Below are positions 7,886 through 17,163 of a stretch of 32,000 nucleotides of DNA, piece after piece. The notes beneath the pieces are model-generated. The model was not told the origin of the DNA and made no database searches. It was given only the letters and a program-made list of their open reading frames with translations. Both the position numbers and the translations under genes were made by a program. The first letter of the stretch is position 1. Each line of letters begins with the position of its first letter. Source of the stretch: Promethearchaeota archaeon (lineage in GTDB: Archaea > Asgardarchaeota > Odinarchaeia > Odinarchaeales > JBHLKK01); the NCBI GenBank assembly GCA_048939465.1, contig JBHLPL010000001.1, forward strand, positions 60,001-92,000, read 5' to 3'.

Positions 7886-8500
7886 TCATGACCTGCTTTC
7901 CTTTAGTTTCTTAATTTCTTTTTCCAGCTCTGAGACCTTCTTCTCCGGTGCTGGAAGAGCAATACCTGTTTCAACAGTTATCTCCTGATCGATTTCGGTC
8001 AACGTTTTTTCAATTTCCTTATCACTAATCTCTTGCGAAACCGTGATTTCGAGTCCTGATTCAGCGATCTCTTTCGACACCTCAAATTGCTGTAGCTGAC
8101 CTTCAACTTCTTTAATCAATTTGGCTATCTTTGGTACCTTCACAGCGTTCTTAAGTCCCCCAAGGACGTTACGGAGACTACCTAATATTTTGGACAAATC
8201 AGTAACAGATTCGCTTTGTCTGAGTTTTACAATTAGTCCCTCTATGGTCAATCTGTAGTTGTCAATGCCAACTGCCCACTTCTGAAATTGCAGGTAATGC
8301 TTTGCGTACGTCTTTGCAGCCTCATTATTGCCCTTGATACGTTGAGTTCGAGCTTTAGTACGGCTCTTGTCGCCTTCTCTTTCCAGTTGCATCCTTTGTC
8401 TATCGAGTTTCCGTGTGAGCAAATCCAACTGAAAAATGGCCTTCTCAAGCCTTTTTCTCTTAGACCCCCCTAACCAGTCAAACAAACGGCCTAACGACAA
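7886..8500 (-). CDS. ESCRT-III subunit, Vps2/24/46 class
   Basis: N-terminal amphipathic helix (LGRLFDWLGG), basic helical hairpin, acidic C-half, terminal MIM1-like ELEKEIKKLK; divergent from Vps4. Confidence 0.88.
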   Translation of the reverse strand: MSLGRLFDWLGGSKRKRLEKAIFQLDLLTRKLDRQRMQLEREGDKSRTKARTQRIKGNNEAAKTYAKHYLQFQKWAVGIDNYRLTIEGLIVKLRQSESVTDLSKILGSLRNVLGGLKNAVKVPKIAKLIKEVEGQLQQFEVSKEIAESGLEITVSQEISDKEIEKTLTEIDQEITVETGIALPAPEKKVSELEKEIKKLKESRS

Positions 8501-8661
8501 CTATTACACCTCATTAGTCACTGAAAGGTTGTACAACACACACAATTAAAGCTTACGAAATTACATCAAATACGGCTTTTCATCACCTAAGTTTTTTAGG
8601 TTTGTTCTTCTAATAGTTAACTAGCCTATCGCAATGTCTACAGAATCCTATTTTCCTGAGG

Positions 8662-9825
8662 TTGGGATTGATGTCTGATAAGCTGTTCAAATACGCCACC
8701 CAGATGGCGAAGGAAGCTGTGAAACTTGACAAGCAAGGCAAACAGAAGCTGGCTGTACAGAAATATATTCATGCGGCCGATATCTTGATGAGGTTTCTGA
8801 AATTAACCGAGAATCCCGCACTGAGAAAAGTATGTTATGAAAAGGCGGAGCAGTATGTGCAAAGAGCTAAAGAACTACAAGGTGTAACACCAGGTCTGCC
8901 GGCAGTATCAGAAAAAGCAGCGGGGAAAGCGCTGACCAAGGAAGATCAAGCCCTCCAAGAAGCAATCTCGGATACCATAATCACTGAGAAACCAAGTGTT
9001 GAATGGGAAGACGTAGCAAATCTAGAGACGGCAAAACAAGCCTTGAGAGAGGCTGTTATCTTACCGATGCTCAGACCAGATATTTTTACTGGTGCAAGGG
9101 AACCTTGGCGTGGATTATTGTTGATCGGACCACCCGGATGTGGAAAAACACTGCTCGCAAAAGCTGTGGCGAACGAATGCAACGCAACATTCTTCAGCGC
9201 TGACGCAGCCTCTTTGGTTTCAAAGTGGCTGGGAGAATCGGAAAAACTTGTAAGCACATTATTTACCGTTGCACGAAGTAGCTCCCCTTCCGTTGTGTTC
9301 ATCGACGAAGTGGATGCTTTGGCAACAGTTAGATCGGGTGATGAGGTTGGAGGTGAGCGGAGAATGAAGACGCAGCTATTAATAGAAATGGATGGGGTTC
9401 GAAAACGAAAGGGAGAGCAAGTAGTAGTTCTTGGCGCCACGAACAGGCCATGGGATCTTGACCCGGGTTTTCGTAGAAGGTTCGAAAAAAGAATTTATGT
9501 GCCCCTTCCTGATAAGGAAGGCCGTCGCGAGATATTTAAGATTCACGTCAGAGGAATTGAAATAGCTTCAGATGTTGATTTTGATGAACTAGCGACTCTT
9601 ACTGAGGGATACTCCGGCTCAGATATTGCGCTGATATGTAGGGATGCTGCCATGATGCCAATACGTGAACTGGATACCGCAGGCACGTTGACTAGGAAAG
9701 ATATCAAAGTTCGATCGGTAGATCGTGAGGATTTTCTGAAGTCCATGAAAAAGGTTAGGCCAACTGTTTCACCAGACGAACTGGAGAAATACGAGGAATG
9801 GACCAAAGAATTCGCATCAGAATGA
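8662..9825 (+). CDS. vps4: Vps4 AAA+ ATPase (MIT + AAA)
   Basis: N-terminal MIT (AKEAVKLDKQG...A...Y), GPPGCGKT, SKWLGESEK pore loop, FIDEVD, ATNRPWDLD...RRRFEKRIYVPLP, C-terminal YEEWTKEF. Likely start ATG 8671. Confidence 0.96.
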   Translation: MGLMSDKLFKYATQMAKEAVKLDKQGKQKLAVQKYIHAADILMRFLKLTENPALRKVCYEKAEQYVQRAKELQGVTPGLPAVSEKAAGKALTKEDQALQEAISDTIITEKPSVEWEDVANLETAKQALREAVILPMLRPDIFTGAREPWRGLLLIGPPGCGKTLLAKAVANECNATFFSADAASLVSKWLGESEKLVSTLFTVARSSSPSVVFIDEVDALATVRSGDEVGGERRMKTQLLIEMDGVRKRKGEQVVVLGATNRPWDLDPGFRRRFEKRIYVPLPDKEGRREIFKIHVRGIEIASDVDFDELATLTEGYSGSDIALICRDAAMMPIRELDTAGTLTRKDIKVRSVDREDFLKSMKKVRPTVSPDELEKYEEWTKEFASE

Positions 9826-9839
9826 ACTGGTGATATATA

Positions 9840-10586
9840 TTGTCGGTAAGGGAAAAGCCACGTAAAAAAGCTGGGAAGTCTCAAAAGGAAGAAACTGACA
9901 AGAAGGAGCGAATCAAAGAAGAGCTTGAGGAACTCAAGGAAGAAGTTGAAACAATGGTGGAGGCAGAAGAAGCTGAGACAATAGAAGAGGTTGAGAAAAT
10001 CCAAGAGCCTAGCGCTAGGCAACTTCCGAAGGCGGTTGCTGAGGAAATCTCCTCTGAATTGGAGAAGATCTGTAACTTATATGAATGGGTTGCAAATCCT
10101 GAACAAGTCAGATGGATGTATTGGATGCCCTCCAATAAAGAGCATATTGATTCATGGAGAGACGAATGGGCTGATTTCTTGTTTCAATGGGCCCGAGCAA
10201 AAATCCTTCATATAGTAACACTGGTCTTGCTTATGGGTGAACACCCATTTGATAAGTTATCTCCAAAGGTGGATTCGCTGAGAGTTATTATGAAAACCCT
10301 AGCTGAGAAGGATCTTGCTGAATTCTTGGATAATAAAGAAACCAGATTGCGAATATACTGGAGGACTCTTAATGAGTGGGCAGAAATAATCTATAACTGG
10401 GCACTCAATACCGGAAGAATGGATATAAGTGTTTTTGATGTTATTAATGACAGAGGGGAAAAGTGGGGCTTTCACACGCTGCCAGCGAAAGAAATTAGAC
10501 TCATCTTCAGGATTATGGTAGAGCGTGGGTTGGCCCGTTGGATGGACGAGAAGAGAGGCCATATTGAGATAAGAGTAGACTTTTGA
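9840..10586 (+). CDS. vps25: ESCRT-II Vps25-like protein with charged N-terminal extension
   Basis: W..EWADFLFQW and IYWRTLNEWAEIIYNW motifs typical of Vps25 tandem winged helices; 14 nt downstream of vps4. Confidence 0.88.
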   Translation: MSVREKPRKKAGKSQKEETDKKERIKEELEELKEEVETMVEAEEAETIEEVEKIQEPSARQLPKAVAEEISSELEKICNLYEWVANPEQVRWMYWMPSNKEHIDSWRDEWADFLFQWARAKILHIVTLVLLMGEHPFDKLSPKVDSLRVIMKTLAEKDLAEFLDNKETRLRIYWRTLNEWAEIIYNWALNTGRMDISVFDVINDRGEKWGFHTLPAKEIRLIFRIMVERGLARWMDEKRGHIEIRVDF

Positions 10587-10628
10587 CCTGTCTTTCGCGG
10601 TTATGCACCATCTAAGCGGATTATCTTG

Positions 10629-10642
10629 CGAAAATCTTAAAT
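10629..10642 (+). promoter_or_regulatory. Putative BRE/TATA promoter of the large surface protein
   Basis: CGAAAA-TCTTAAAT about 65 nt upstream of the start. Confidence 0.45.
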
Positions 10643-10706
10643 CTTTTTATGTGAATATTATAACAGATCACGCGTAACTCCGATTCATGGATTAGATTAA
10701 GATGAA

Positions 10707-13700
10707 GTGGTCGTCATGCAAGCCAAAAGAAAAAATCTGCTAATATCTCTGGTCTTCACACTATTTCTGATCTCAACGCTCTCATCAATTACAGTTCCAC
10801 CCGTCACAGCTTCTCCAGATACTGCTGACTGGTGGAATTATAACTGGAATCAGAGGGTTCCAGTGATGATAAACACAACAGGTCACAACACATCCGACAT
10901 ACCGATAAAGATCGAAGGAATTAATTTCACTCAGCTTCTACTGGATCTGGGTGTCGGCTCTCCCCACGATAATAACTCGGTAAGAGTCGTGGAGTGGAAC
11001 GTAGCATCGGAACTGAACACTGAATTACCGAGCTTATTTGCTCCTGCAGGCACGTATGACAGCTCCAGCAATGCTGTAGGTGATGTTTACTGGACAATGA
11101 ATGGAACAACACTTGAAAACACAAACAGAACCTTCTATGTATACTTCGATACTACTGATGCTCCTGGTGGTCCCAAGAGCCCACCAAGCTACAGTGTGGA
11201 TCCTCGTCTACCTGAAGGAATAGCCTATGTAAGAAACGCTAAGGACGATATATCTTATGAATCGGCCCAACAACTTGCTGCGGAATATGGGCTCGCCCAA
11301 GCTGCACTGTTCAATGAAAGCGTGAAATCAGGAAGTCATTACAGGAGCGGATCGGGTTGGCAAAACAACAGTATAGATCTCGTACCTGATGACTACTCAA
11401 TGATAATACTTGGGTCAGACTCCCTAGACGGTGGCGAAATACCTGGAAAACTCGATATAGACTCCCAATTCAGATCAAACTTGGAAGCTTTCATTGCTGG
11501 CGGCGGGATACTTGTTATTCAACAGATAACGTCAAGCGATCCTGCCCAGCCACTGACTGGAATTCAGTTCACAAGCTCTCACGGAGAAAGCTATAAGAAA
11601 CCACTGCAACAGCACGAAATCACAACTAATCCAAACAATATTCGAACTGAAAATCTCAATTCGCTTTCAGATGGATTTGATAAAATTACGGACTCTACTC
11701 GCTACTCTTCGATAGCCAACGTGACAGATAACGGCGGAGGTCCAACAGGCCATCGAATCAGAATCATTCAGAGAGGAGCAGGCTATGTTATTGTAGAGGT
11801 ACTGGGATGGACCTCAACTGGCGATATAGATAAGTGGAAACAGATCTTTGAAAACTATCTGAATTATCATATCAACCACACAAAGGATAGTCTGGCCATA
11901 ACCGTTGGCAGCCAAGCAGAATATAGTCTGATTAACGATGTTACCGTAGTTGTAACAAATCATGAAGGATTATTCGTTCCTGACGCAAATGTTACTATGG
12001 TCAACACGACAGCCCAGGCAAACAATCTTAGTGGCTACAACCAATGGGCATTAACAGATAGCAACGGCCAAGTTTTCTTCCCGGATGTACCAGATAACAA
12101 CTATAATGTTACGGCAACTTACGTAACTAACATGGGAGATAGCACCGGAATTCTGAACGATACATTTTCAAACTTCAACATCAATTATACTCAAACCCTC
12201 AATCTTAAAGTAAACATTACAAGGCTATTAGTGAACATCACTGATGTAGATAATATGACCCAGTATGATCTGATACCTAACTGGGCAGAACATTATATCG
12301 TTGGCCTTTTCAACCAGTCCGATGGGAGTCCGATGGCCAACACAACGACAACAACCTTGTACGAGTCTGGTGGTATTAACTGGCTTGTAGGAGAACTCTG
12401 GTGGCATAATTCATCGGACAATCATGTGATCAAAGTATTGTATGAGCATCCTGATTATTCGAATACACTGACTCTTAACGAGACTAGTAACATACAACTT
12501 GATGTTTCGACTTCCTTCAACGTCAACGTCAGTATGACAAGGCTGACTGTTTTTGCCCGTGGGTATCCGACCATCGATCCGCTTGTTAATGTGGTTCTTG
12601 AGTTGAGCAACGATACGCAAGCAATAGCTAATGTCACAGCAGACGATTCAGGAGCGGTAGTCTTCTACTGGAGGACTCAACCCTCGCAGAATTACTCTAT
12701 ACGCGCATTCTACTTCGATACACTGGTCTCATTCATCAAATTCCATGAAAGCTGGTCTGATTGGAATGAAAGCGTTAGCCTACCACTTCCAAATGCTACC
12801 GAAAAGCTGATTGATATTCAGCTGGGTGCGGAGTATGAGACGGATCTTGTACTAACTGCTTTTACCCCCGACGTCACGTATGGGGATAACGTAACGGTCA
12901 CCGTGTATTTCAATGTCACAAGTCCTTCGCCAAGACCCGTAACTGGAGCAACCGCCAGATGCTACCTCAGAGTGGGAACAACAGATATCTTTATGGAAAC
13001 AATGACTGAGGCAGGTTCCGGATATTATACACTGACATTCAACACGACTCACTACGGTGGCATAATAGGCGATGAAAACATAGAATATCGTATCTTAGTA
13101 ATTGTTGAAAAATCAGGGTATACCTCTCCTACGCCGATATTCACCGACCTGACAATCAGGGGGCTCGCAACAACTTTGGATTGTTCAATCTCACCAGAAA
13201 CCATTTACTGGGGCGACCTCATAACAGTAGACGTTACGTACGAGGATTTGGAGGACGCAACAGTCTCATACATAATTGGAAGTTGGGATTCTGGCGTATT
13301 CAGTGATCTTGGAAATGGAAACTACCGCACCTCGATAGACACCTCTAAATCGTCCTTCTGGGGAGACTACATATTAAAAATAACTGCCGAAAAGCCGAAT
13401 TATGAAATGAAGTACGCAGAAATAGCTCTTAGAATCAATCAGATACAGACTCTGATAAACGGATCTCGTATACTTGTCACATCACCCATCAGCGTGTATG
13501 CAATGGAAGACAGTTTAATACACTTCAACTACACAACAGCTGGCAATATCGGCATCAACTCGACAGTCCATCAGTACTACTGGGAGAGCATATCAAGCGG
13601 TAGTGGCTACGGAGACTTGTCTTATCTTGGGAACGGTATGTATGGGCTGGATTTTGATACTTCGAACAGATTTGTTGATGAATACACAATTGCTGTTATA

Positions 13701-14663
13701 TTTGAGAAATCGAATTATGAGGCAAGAACTGCTACATTCAATCTGAAGGTACTCGGGAGACCCGCAGATTTTGAAACCGTCAGTTCATCCGTTTCAGCTG
13801 CTCACGGTAATGAGGCAACATTCAGCTTCCACATTTCAGATGCTCTAACCGGTCTTCCTCTTGAAAATGTGTCCATAGTCCTAGACTGTAGCATAAATCC
13901 GGCATATTTGTCTTGGATTAATGGTAGTGGATGGTATAACCTAACCATACTCACTGCAAATCTTTCGCCCGGTTCATACGATATCAAATTGGTCATTACT
14001 CAATCAAACTACACAACTGAAGTCGAAAACGTTCATATGACCGTTGAATATGAAAGAATCCTTGGGATGCCTTGGCCTTCATTTATTCTAATGATTTCAT
14101 TCATAGCTGGTGCCGTTGCTGCTACTGGGGGCCTTTTCAGATTCTACACTTGGAAGAAAGTACCGCCTCTTGTCAGGAACATCAATAAGAGCCTCAAACA
14201 CATGCAGCAAGGAGAAGTTGTAAACATAAAAAAGACGTTTCCAGACACAAAGGATAGGGACTATGTTCTCGGAGAATTCCTGAACGAAGAGCTGGAGATT
14301 CTGGGAATAAGATCTGCAGCCTATGGGGAAGAAGGTTCTCAACTGCTCTCCATAGTTTCGGCGGCGACTTCATCCGAAACCGAAACAACGGAGTCTGAAA
14401 CGCAGGTTATCAGGGCAGCGGAATCTGAGACTTTGCCTGAACCGGAAGCAACACAACCTGAAATGAAGGAATCTGAAGCAATGCCAAAAGAACCAGTCGA
14501 AGAACTTGAGGTAACCAAGGAACCTGAAATAGAGAAACCGGAGAAGAAAAAGCCTTACTCGGCAAAAGCCGGACCTAAGAGGCTAAAGACCAAGAAAACA
14601 GAAAAGAGAGAATCGAAATCAAGGTCAGGGAAGTCAAAGGCAAAAAACAAGGTGCAGAAATAA
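10707..14663 (+). CDS. Large membrane-anchored surface protein (DUF2341-like N-terminus, Ig-like/beta-sandwich repeats)
   Basis: Signal peptide; WWNYNWNQRVPV start of the mature domain; repeated T/ADxxG.V.F and GxGxY motifs; many N-x-S/T sequons; TM helix (WPSFILMISFIAGAVAATGGLF); acidic then Lys-rich cytoplasmic tail. Confidence 0.8.
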   Translation: MVVMQAKRKNLLISLVFTLFLISTLSSITVPPVTASPDTADWWNYNWNQRVPVMINTTGHNTSDIPIKIEGINFTQLLLDLGVGSPHDNNSVRVVEWNVASELNTELPSLFAPAGTYDSSSNAVGDVYWTMNGTTLENTNRTFYVYFDTTDAPGGPKSPPSYSVDPRLPEGIAYVRNAKDDISYESAQQLAAEYGLAQAALFNESVKSGSHYRSGSGWQNNSIDLVPDDYSMIILGSDSLDGGEIPGKLDIDSQFRSNLEAFIAGGGILVIQQITSSDPAQPLTGIQFTSSHGESYKKPLQQHEITTNPNNIRTENLNSLSDGFDKITDSTRYSSIANVTDNGGGPTGHRIRIIQRGAGYVIVEVLGWTSTGDIDKWKQIFENYLNYHINHTKDSLAITVGSQAEYSLINDVTVVVTNHEGLFVPDANVTMVNTTAQANNLSGYNQWALTDSNGQVFFPDVPDNNYNVTATYVTNMGDSTGILNDTFSNFNINYTQTLNLKVNITRLLVNITDVDNMTQYDLIPNWAEHYIVGLFNQSDGSPMANTTTTTLYESGGINWLVGELWWHNSSDNHVIKVLYEHPDYSNTLTLNETSNIQLDVSTSFNVNVSMTRLTVFARGYPTIDPLVNVVLELSNDTQAIANVTADDSGAVVFYWRTQPSQNYSIRAFYFDTLVSFIKFHESWSDWNESVSLPLPNATEKLIDIQLGAEYETDLVLTAFTPDVTYGDNVTVTVYFNVTSPSPRPVTGATARCYLRVGTTDIFMETMTEAGSGYYTLTFNTTHYGGIIGDENIEYRILVIVEKSGYTSPTPIFTDLTIRGLATTLDCSISPETIYWGDLITVDVTYEDLEDATVSYIIGSWDSGVFSDLGNGNYRTSIDTSKSSFWGDYILKITAEKPNYEMKYAEIALRINQIQTLINGSRILVTSPISVYAMEDSLIHFNYTTAGNIGINSTVHQYYWESISSGSGYGDLSYLGNGMYGLDFDTSNRFVDEYTIAVIFEKSNYEARTATFNLKVLGRPADFETVSSSVSAAHGNEATFSFHISDALTGLPLENVSIVLDCSINPAYLSWINGSGWYNLTILTANLSPGSYDIKLVITQSNYTTEVENVHMTVEYERILGMPWPSFILMISFIAGAVAATGGLFRFYTWKKVPPLVRNINKSLKHMQQGEVVNIKKTFPDTKDRDYVLGEFLNEELEILGIRSAAYGEEGSQLLSIVSAATSSETETTESETQVIRAAESETLPEPEATQPEMKESEAMPKEPVEELEVTKEPEIEKPEKKKPYSAKAGPKRLKTKKTEKRESKSRSGKSKAKNKVQK

Positions 14664-14736
14664 GGGACGCCTAAGGTGCCCCCTGAATCAATTTAAACCT
14701 CGGAGCGAACCCCCTCATTCCTATTTTCCTGTTTAC

Positions 14737-15483
14737 TTATGAGTTTTTACTTGCCTTGCCTCCTAGCCCGGGAAAGTAGTACTTTTCTCCTCTTGAATAG
14801 CTAGGATCCATTCTGGTAACCTTGGCTTTTTTTAATGCCTCTAATGCTCTTTTGACTCTGGTCTCGTTCCACCCGGTTTTCACCATGATTTCCTCAGGAG
14901 TCGTCCAGCCTTTCTCGCTTGCAATGTTCAATATCTCATTCTGATCATTTCCCAGCTCCACAGAAATGAATTGAACAACCTTCACGTCTGACTTCAACTT
15001 CATGATTCCTGGTATCATATCTTCTTCTTCCATTTTCCTTATGGCCTTCATAACATCCTCTACTGATATCTTTCCCTTGATCATTCCTGTGTTGACCAAT
15101 AAAACAGCTTCTGGAATTGTCATAATTCCACCTGTTTCTTGCCTTCTCATCAGGGCTCTCTGATAAAGAAGCAAACCCAGTTTCTCATGATCAACTTTAG
15201 TTCTGAAAAATCCCTTCCTCACCACATCCTCTTCTCTCACAATCTGGGTAATAATAGCGCTTTTGGGAATACCGAACTTCTTTCTAATCTTTTCAACTTC
15301 CGAGCGGAACTCGGGATTTATGTCGAGCAGGATTCCATACTTCTTGACTATCTCTACCAGCTTTTCCCTCGTACGCTTGGCCATTTCAAGCTCGCTTGCC
15401 ATATTCTGAAGTCTCAACTCAACGCCTTTTTCTTCCAAGGCTCGTTTTGCTCTCATCTCCTTCTCAATTTCGTAAAGACCCAA
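14737..15483 (-). CDS. vps22: ESCRT-II Vps22 (SNF8/EAP30 domain)
   Basis: MGLYEIEK N-helix, NPEFRSEV...FGI, TGGIMTIPE, ISVEDVMKAIRKM, GW...RVKRAL...YYFPGL; abuts the vps28 stop. Confidence 0.9.
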   Translation of the reverse strand: MGLYEIEKEMRAKRALEEKGVELRLQNMASELEMAKRTREKLVEIVKKYGILLDINPEFRSEVEKIRKKFGIPKSAIITQIVREEDVVRKGFFRTKVDHEKLGLLLYQRALMRRQETGGIMTIPEAVLLVNTGMIKGKISVEDVMKAIRKMEEEDMIPGIMKLKSDVKVVQFISVELGNDQNEILNIASEKGWTTPEEIMVKTGWNETRVKRALEALKKAKVTRMDPSYSRGEKYYFPGLGGKASKNS

Positions 15484-16290
15484 TCAAACGCCCCCCTCGG
15501 ACACTTCCTTCAGCTTAGCTTCAAAGTCTTTAAGCCATCTATCCGCTTGGAACCCAAGCCTTTCGGCCTCCTCTTCACTGACAGTCTCGCTTGGTTTTCG
15601 AGACTTAAGCCTGTCGCGCCATTCTTCAATCTCCTTGATAACCCAGTACTTCGCATTGAATCCAGGAAATCTCTTCATAATACTCAGAAGCTCGTCTAGT
15701 CGTGGAACAAGCATATCAACTCTTGCTACGTCCTTCAGTCTTGTAAGATCCATCACAGTAATCAGATTCGTTGTGATGTCGAGCGTTTTAGAAGCGACTG
15801 TTGCAGGAGAAGCTGTCAAAATCTCTAGAAGAGCGCCTGTCTCACCCTCTGCAAGTTTTAGTTTATTGATCGCCAAAGGAAACTCCCTTACTATTCCTTC
15901 ATCTTCCAAGAACTTGGCAACGTCGATATTCAGTTCTTCCAATCTGCCTTTAGCCTTGAATGCGCCTGTCATTAGCGCTCGGACTTGACGCTTGTACATT
16001 GCTGGCTCTATTCTGGCTTCCTTGAAACTCTCGATTATGGATTCCAGTGTTGCGATGCATGCATAGAGTTCTGCCTGTTTGTCAAGAACGTATTTTCTCT
16101 GGGAAGGACTGAGCCTCTGAAGTGCTTCAGACTCCCCCCCTCGAACCGACTCGCTTAGTGTCGATTTGTATTCCGACGCAGTTGAGCTGTTTTCAAGGGG
16201 CTCTTTTGGGGCTTCTTCTTTTTTCTTTTCCTTTCTTTTCTTTTCTGCCTCGGATGTTTCACGCTTTCTGGTTACTTCCATCCCGTTCAC
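15484..16290 (-). CDS. vps28: ESCRT-I Vps28
   Basis: AELYACIATLESI N-terminal hairpin; C-terminal bundle ITVMDLTRL...VDMLVPRLDEL...EWRDRL...SETVSEEEAERLGF. Likely start ATG 16281. Confidence 0.9.
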   Translation of the reverse strand: MNGMEVTRKRETSEAEKKRKEKKKEEAPKEPLENSSTASEYKSTLSESVRGGESEALQRLSPSQRKYVLDKQAELYACIATLESIIESFKEARIEPAMYKRQVRALMTGAFKAKGRLEELNIDVAKFLEDEGIVREFPLAINKLKLAEGETGALLEILTASPATVASKTLDITTNLITVMDLTRLKDVARVDMLVPRLDELLSIMKRFPGFNAKYWVIKEIEEWRDRLKSRKPSETVSEEEAERLGFQADRWLKDFEAKLKEVSEGGV

Positions 16291-16311
16291 CAGCGAGTGA
16301 GAAAAAGAATA

Positions 16312-17067
16312 TTACTTCTTCAGTTCCTCAAGCTTCTTGGTAACCAAATACAAGTCTTTCTTATAACGTTTATAGAGCTTACCATACTCTACGTCGCTGA
16401 TTTCGCCCGATTCGTACTTCATCTCGAGGTTTTGCAGGAGGTCCTCAGTTGCGATCTTTTCACCCTCAAGGTCCAATATCCTCTCTTCTTTTGGGTCGCC
16501 AAGTTTGGGGGCCTCATGTTGGCCTGAAAGCGAAATGCTTCGAGCGTCCATCGCTCCGCGTATTCTGGCCAGTTCCTCGTCCTTTTTCTGCATAACATCT
16601 CTCAATCTTAACGTTTCTCTCTCAAGGTTCAGAACCTTTGATTGGAGTTGTCTAACGCCTTCCGAAACCGCGGCTGTAGGTTCCAGAGCAGTTGTGGCTG
16701 TTGCGGGGGCAGAAACATATATGGGTCTGGGCGGCTTACGTGCAAAGAGACCTTTCAGTGTATTGACAACCTGATGGATGTGATATTCTGGACGCCATTC
16801 GGAGAGTATTTTCAGGCTAACTTCTCCGGATTGCCTATTGATCTGGGGGTGATCTGTCGGCGTAATCATTTTCACACTAGGCGCTGACCTTGGAAAGTCA
16901 TCAGGTAATGCTATCTCAACTTCGAATCTCCTCTTCGCGTGTTGTCCTCTACCCGGTATGGAACCTCTCCAAAGCCTCAGGTTTCCTCTGACTGGAGTAA
17001 ATTCCTGCGCTCGTCTGTACATGAGTTGGGCTTCTTTAGCAACAATCAATTCAGCATCTTCAGACAA
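16312..17067 (-). CDS. vps23: ESCRT-I Vps23/TSG101-like (UEV + coiled coil + steadiness box)
   Basis: UBC fold with HPQ instead of HPN and Ser in place of the catalytic Cys (GEVSLKIL), Pro/Ala linker, coiled coil, EDLLQNLEMKYESGEIS..EY steadiness box. Start refined to TTG 17067 (SD GGAGG + 7 nt). Confidence 0.88.
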   Translation of the reverse strand: MSEDAELIVAKEAQLMYRRAQEFTPVRGNLRLWRGSIPGRGQHAKRRFEVEIALPDDFPRSAPSVKMITPTDHPQINRQSGEVSLKILSEWRPEYHIHQVVNTLKGLFARKPPRPIYVSAPATATTALEPTAAVSEGVRQLQSKVLNLERETLRLRDVMQKKDEELARIRGAMDARSISLSGQHEAPKLGDPKEERILDLEGEKIATEDLLQNLEMKYESGEISDVEYGKLYKRYKKDLYLVTKKLEELKK

Positions 17068-17163
17068 GTGATTGCCTCCCTTTTGGGTTTTTTCAAGAAT
17101 AATTATCAAGAACAGACATAAAAACTCTTGCCATATTGTGCTTCTCAGAAGGAAAAGGAATGA

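Noticed and set aside
14690-14703. Minus-strand BRE/TATA-like CCGAGGTTTAAAT pointing antisense into the surface-protein gene
   Set aside because: AT-rich convergent intergenic sequence yields such matches easily, and there is no supporting ORF.
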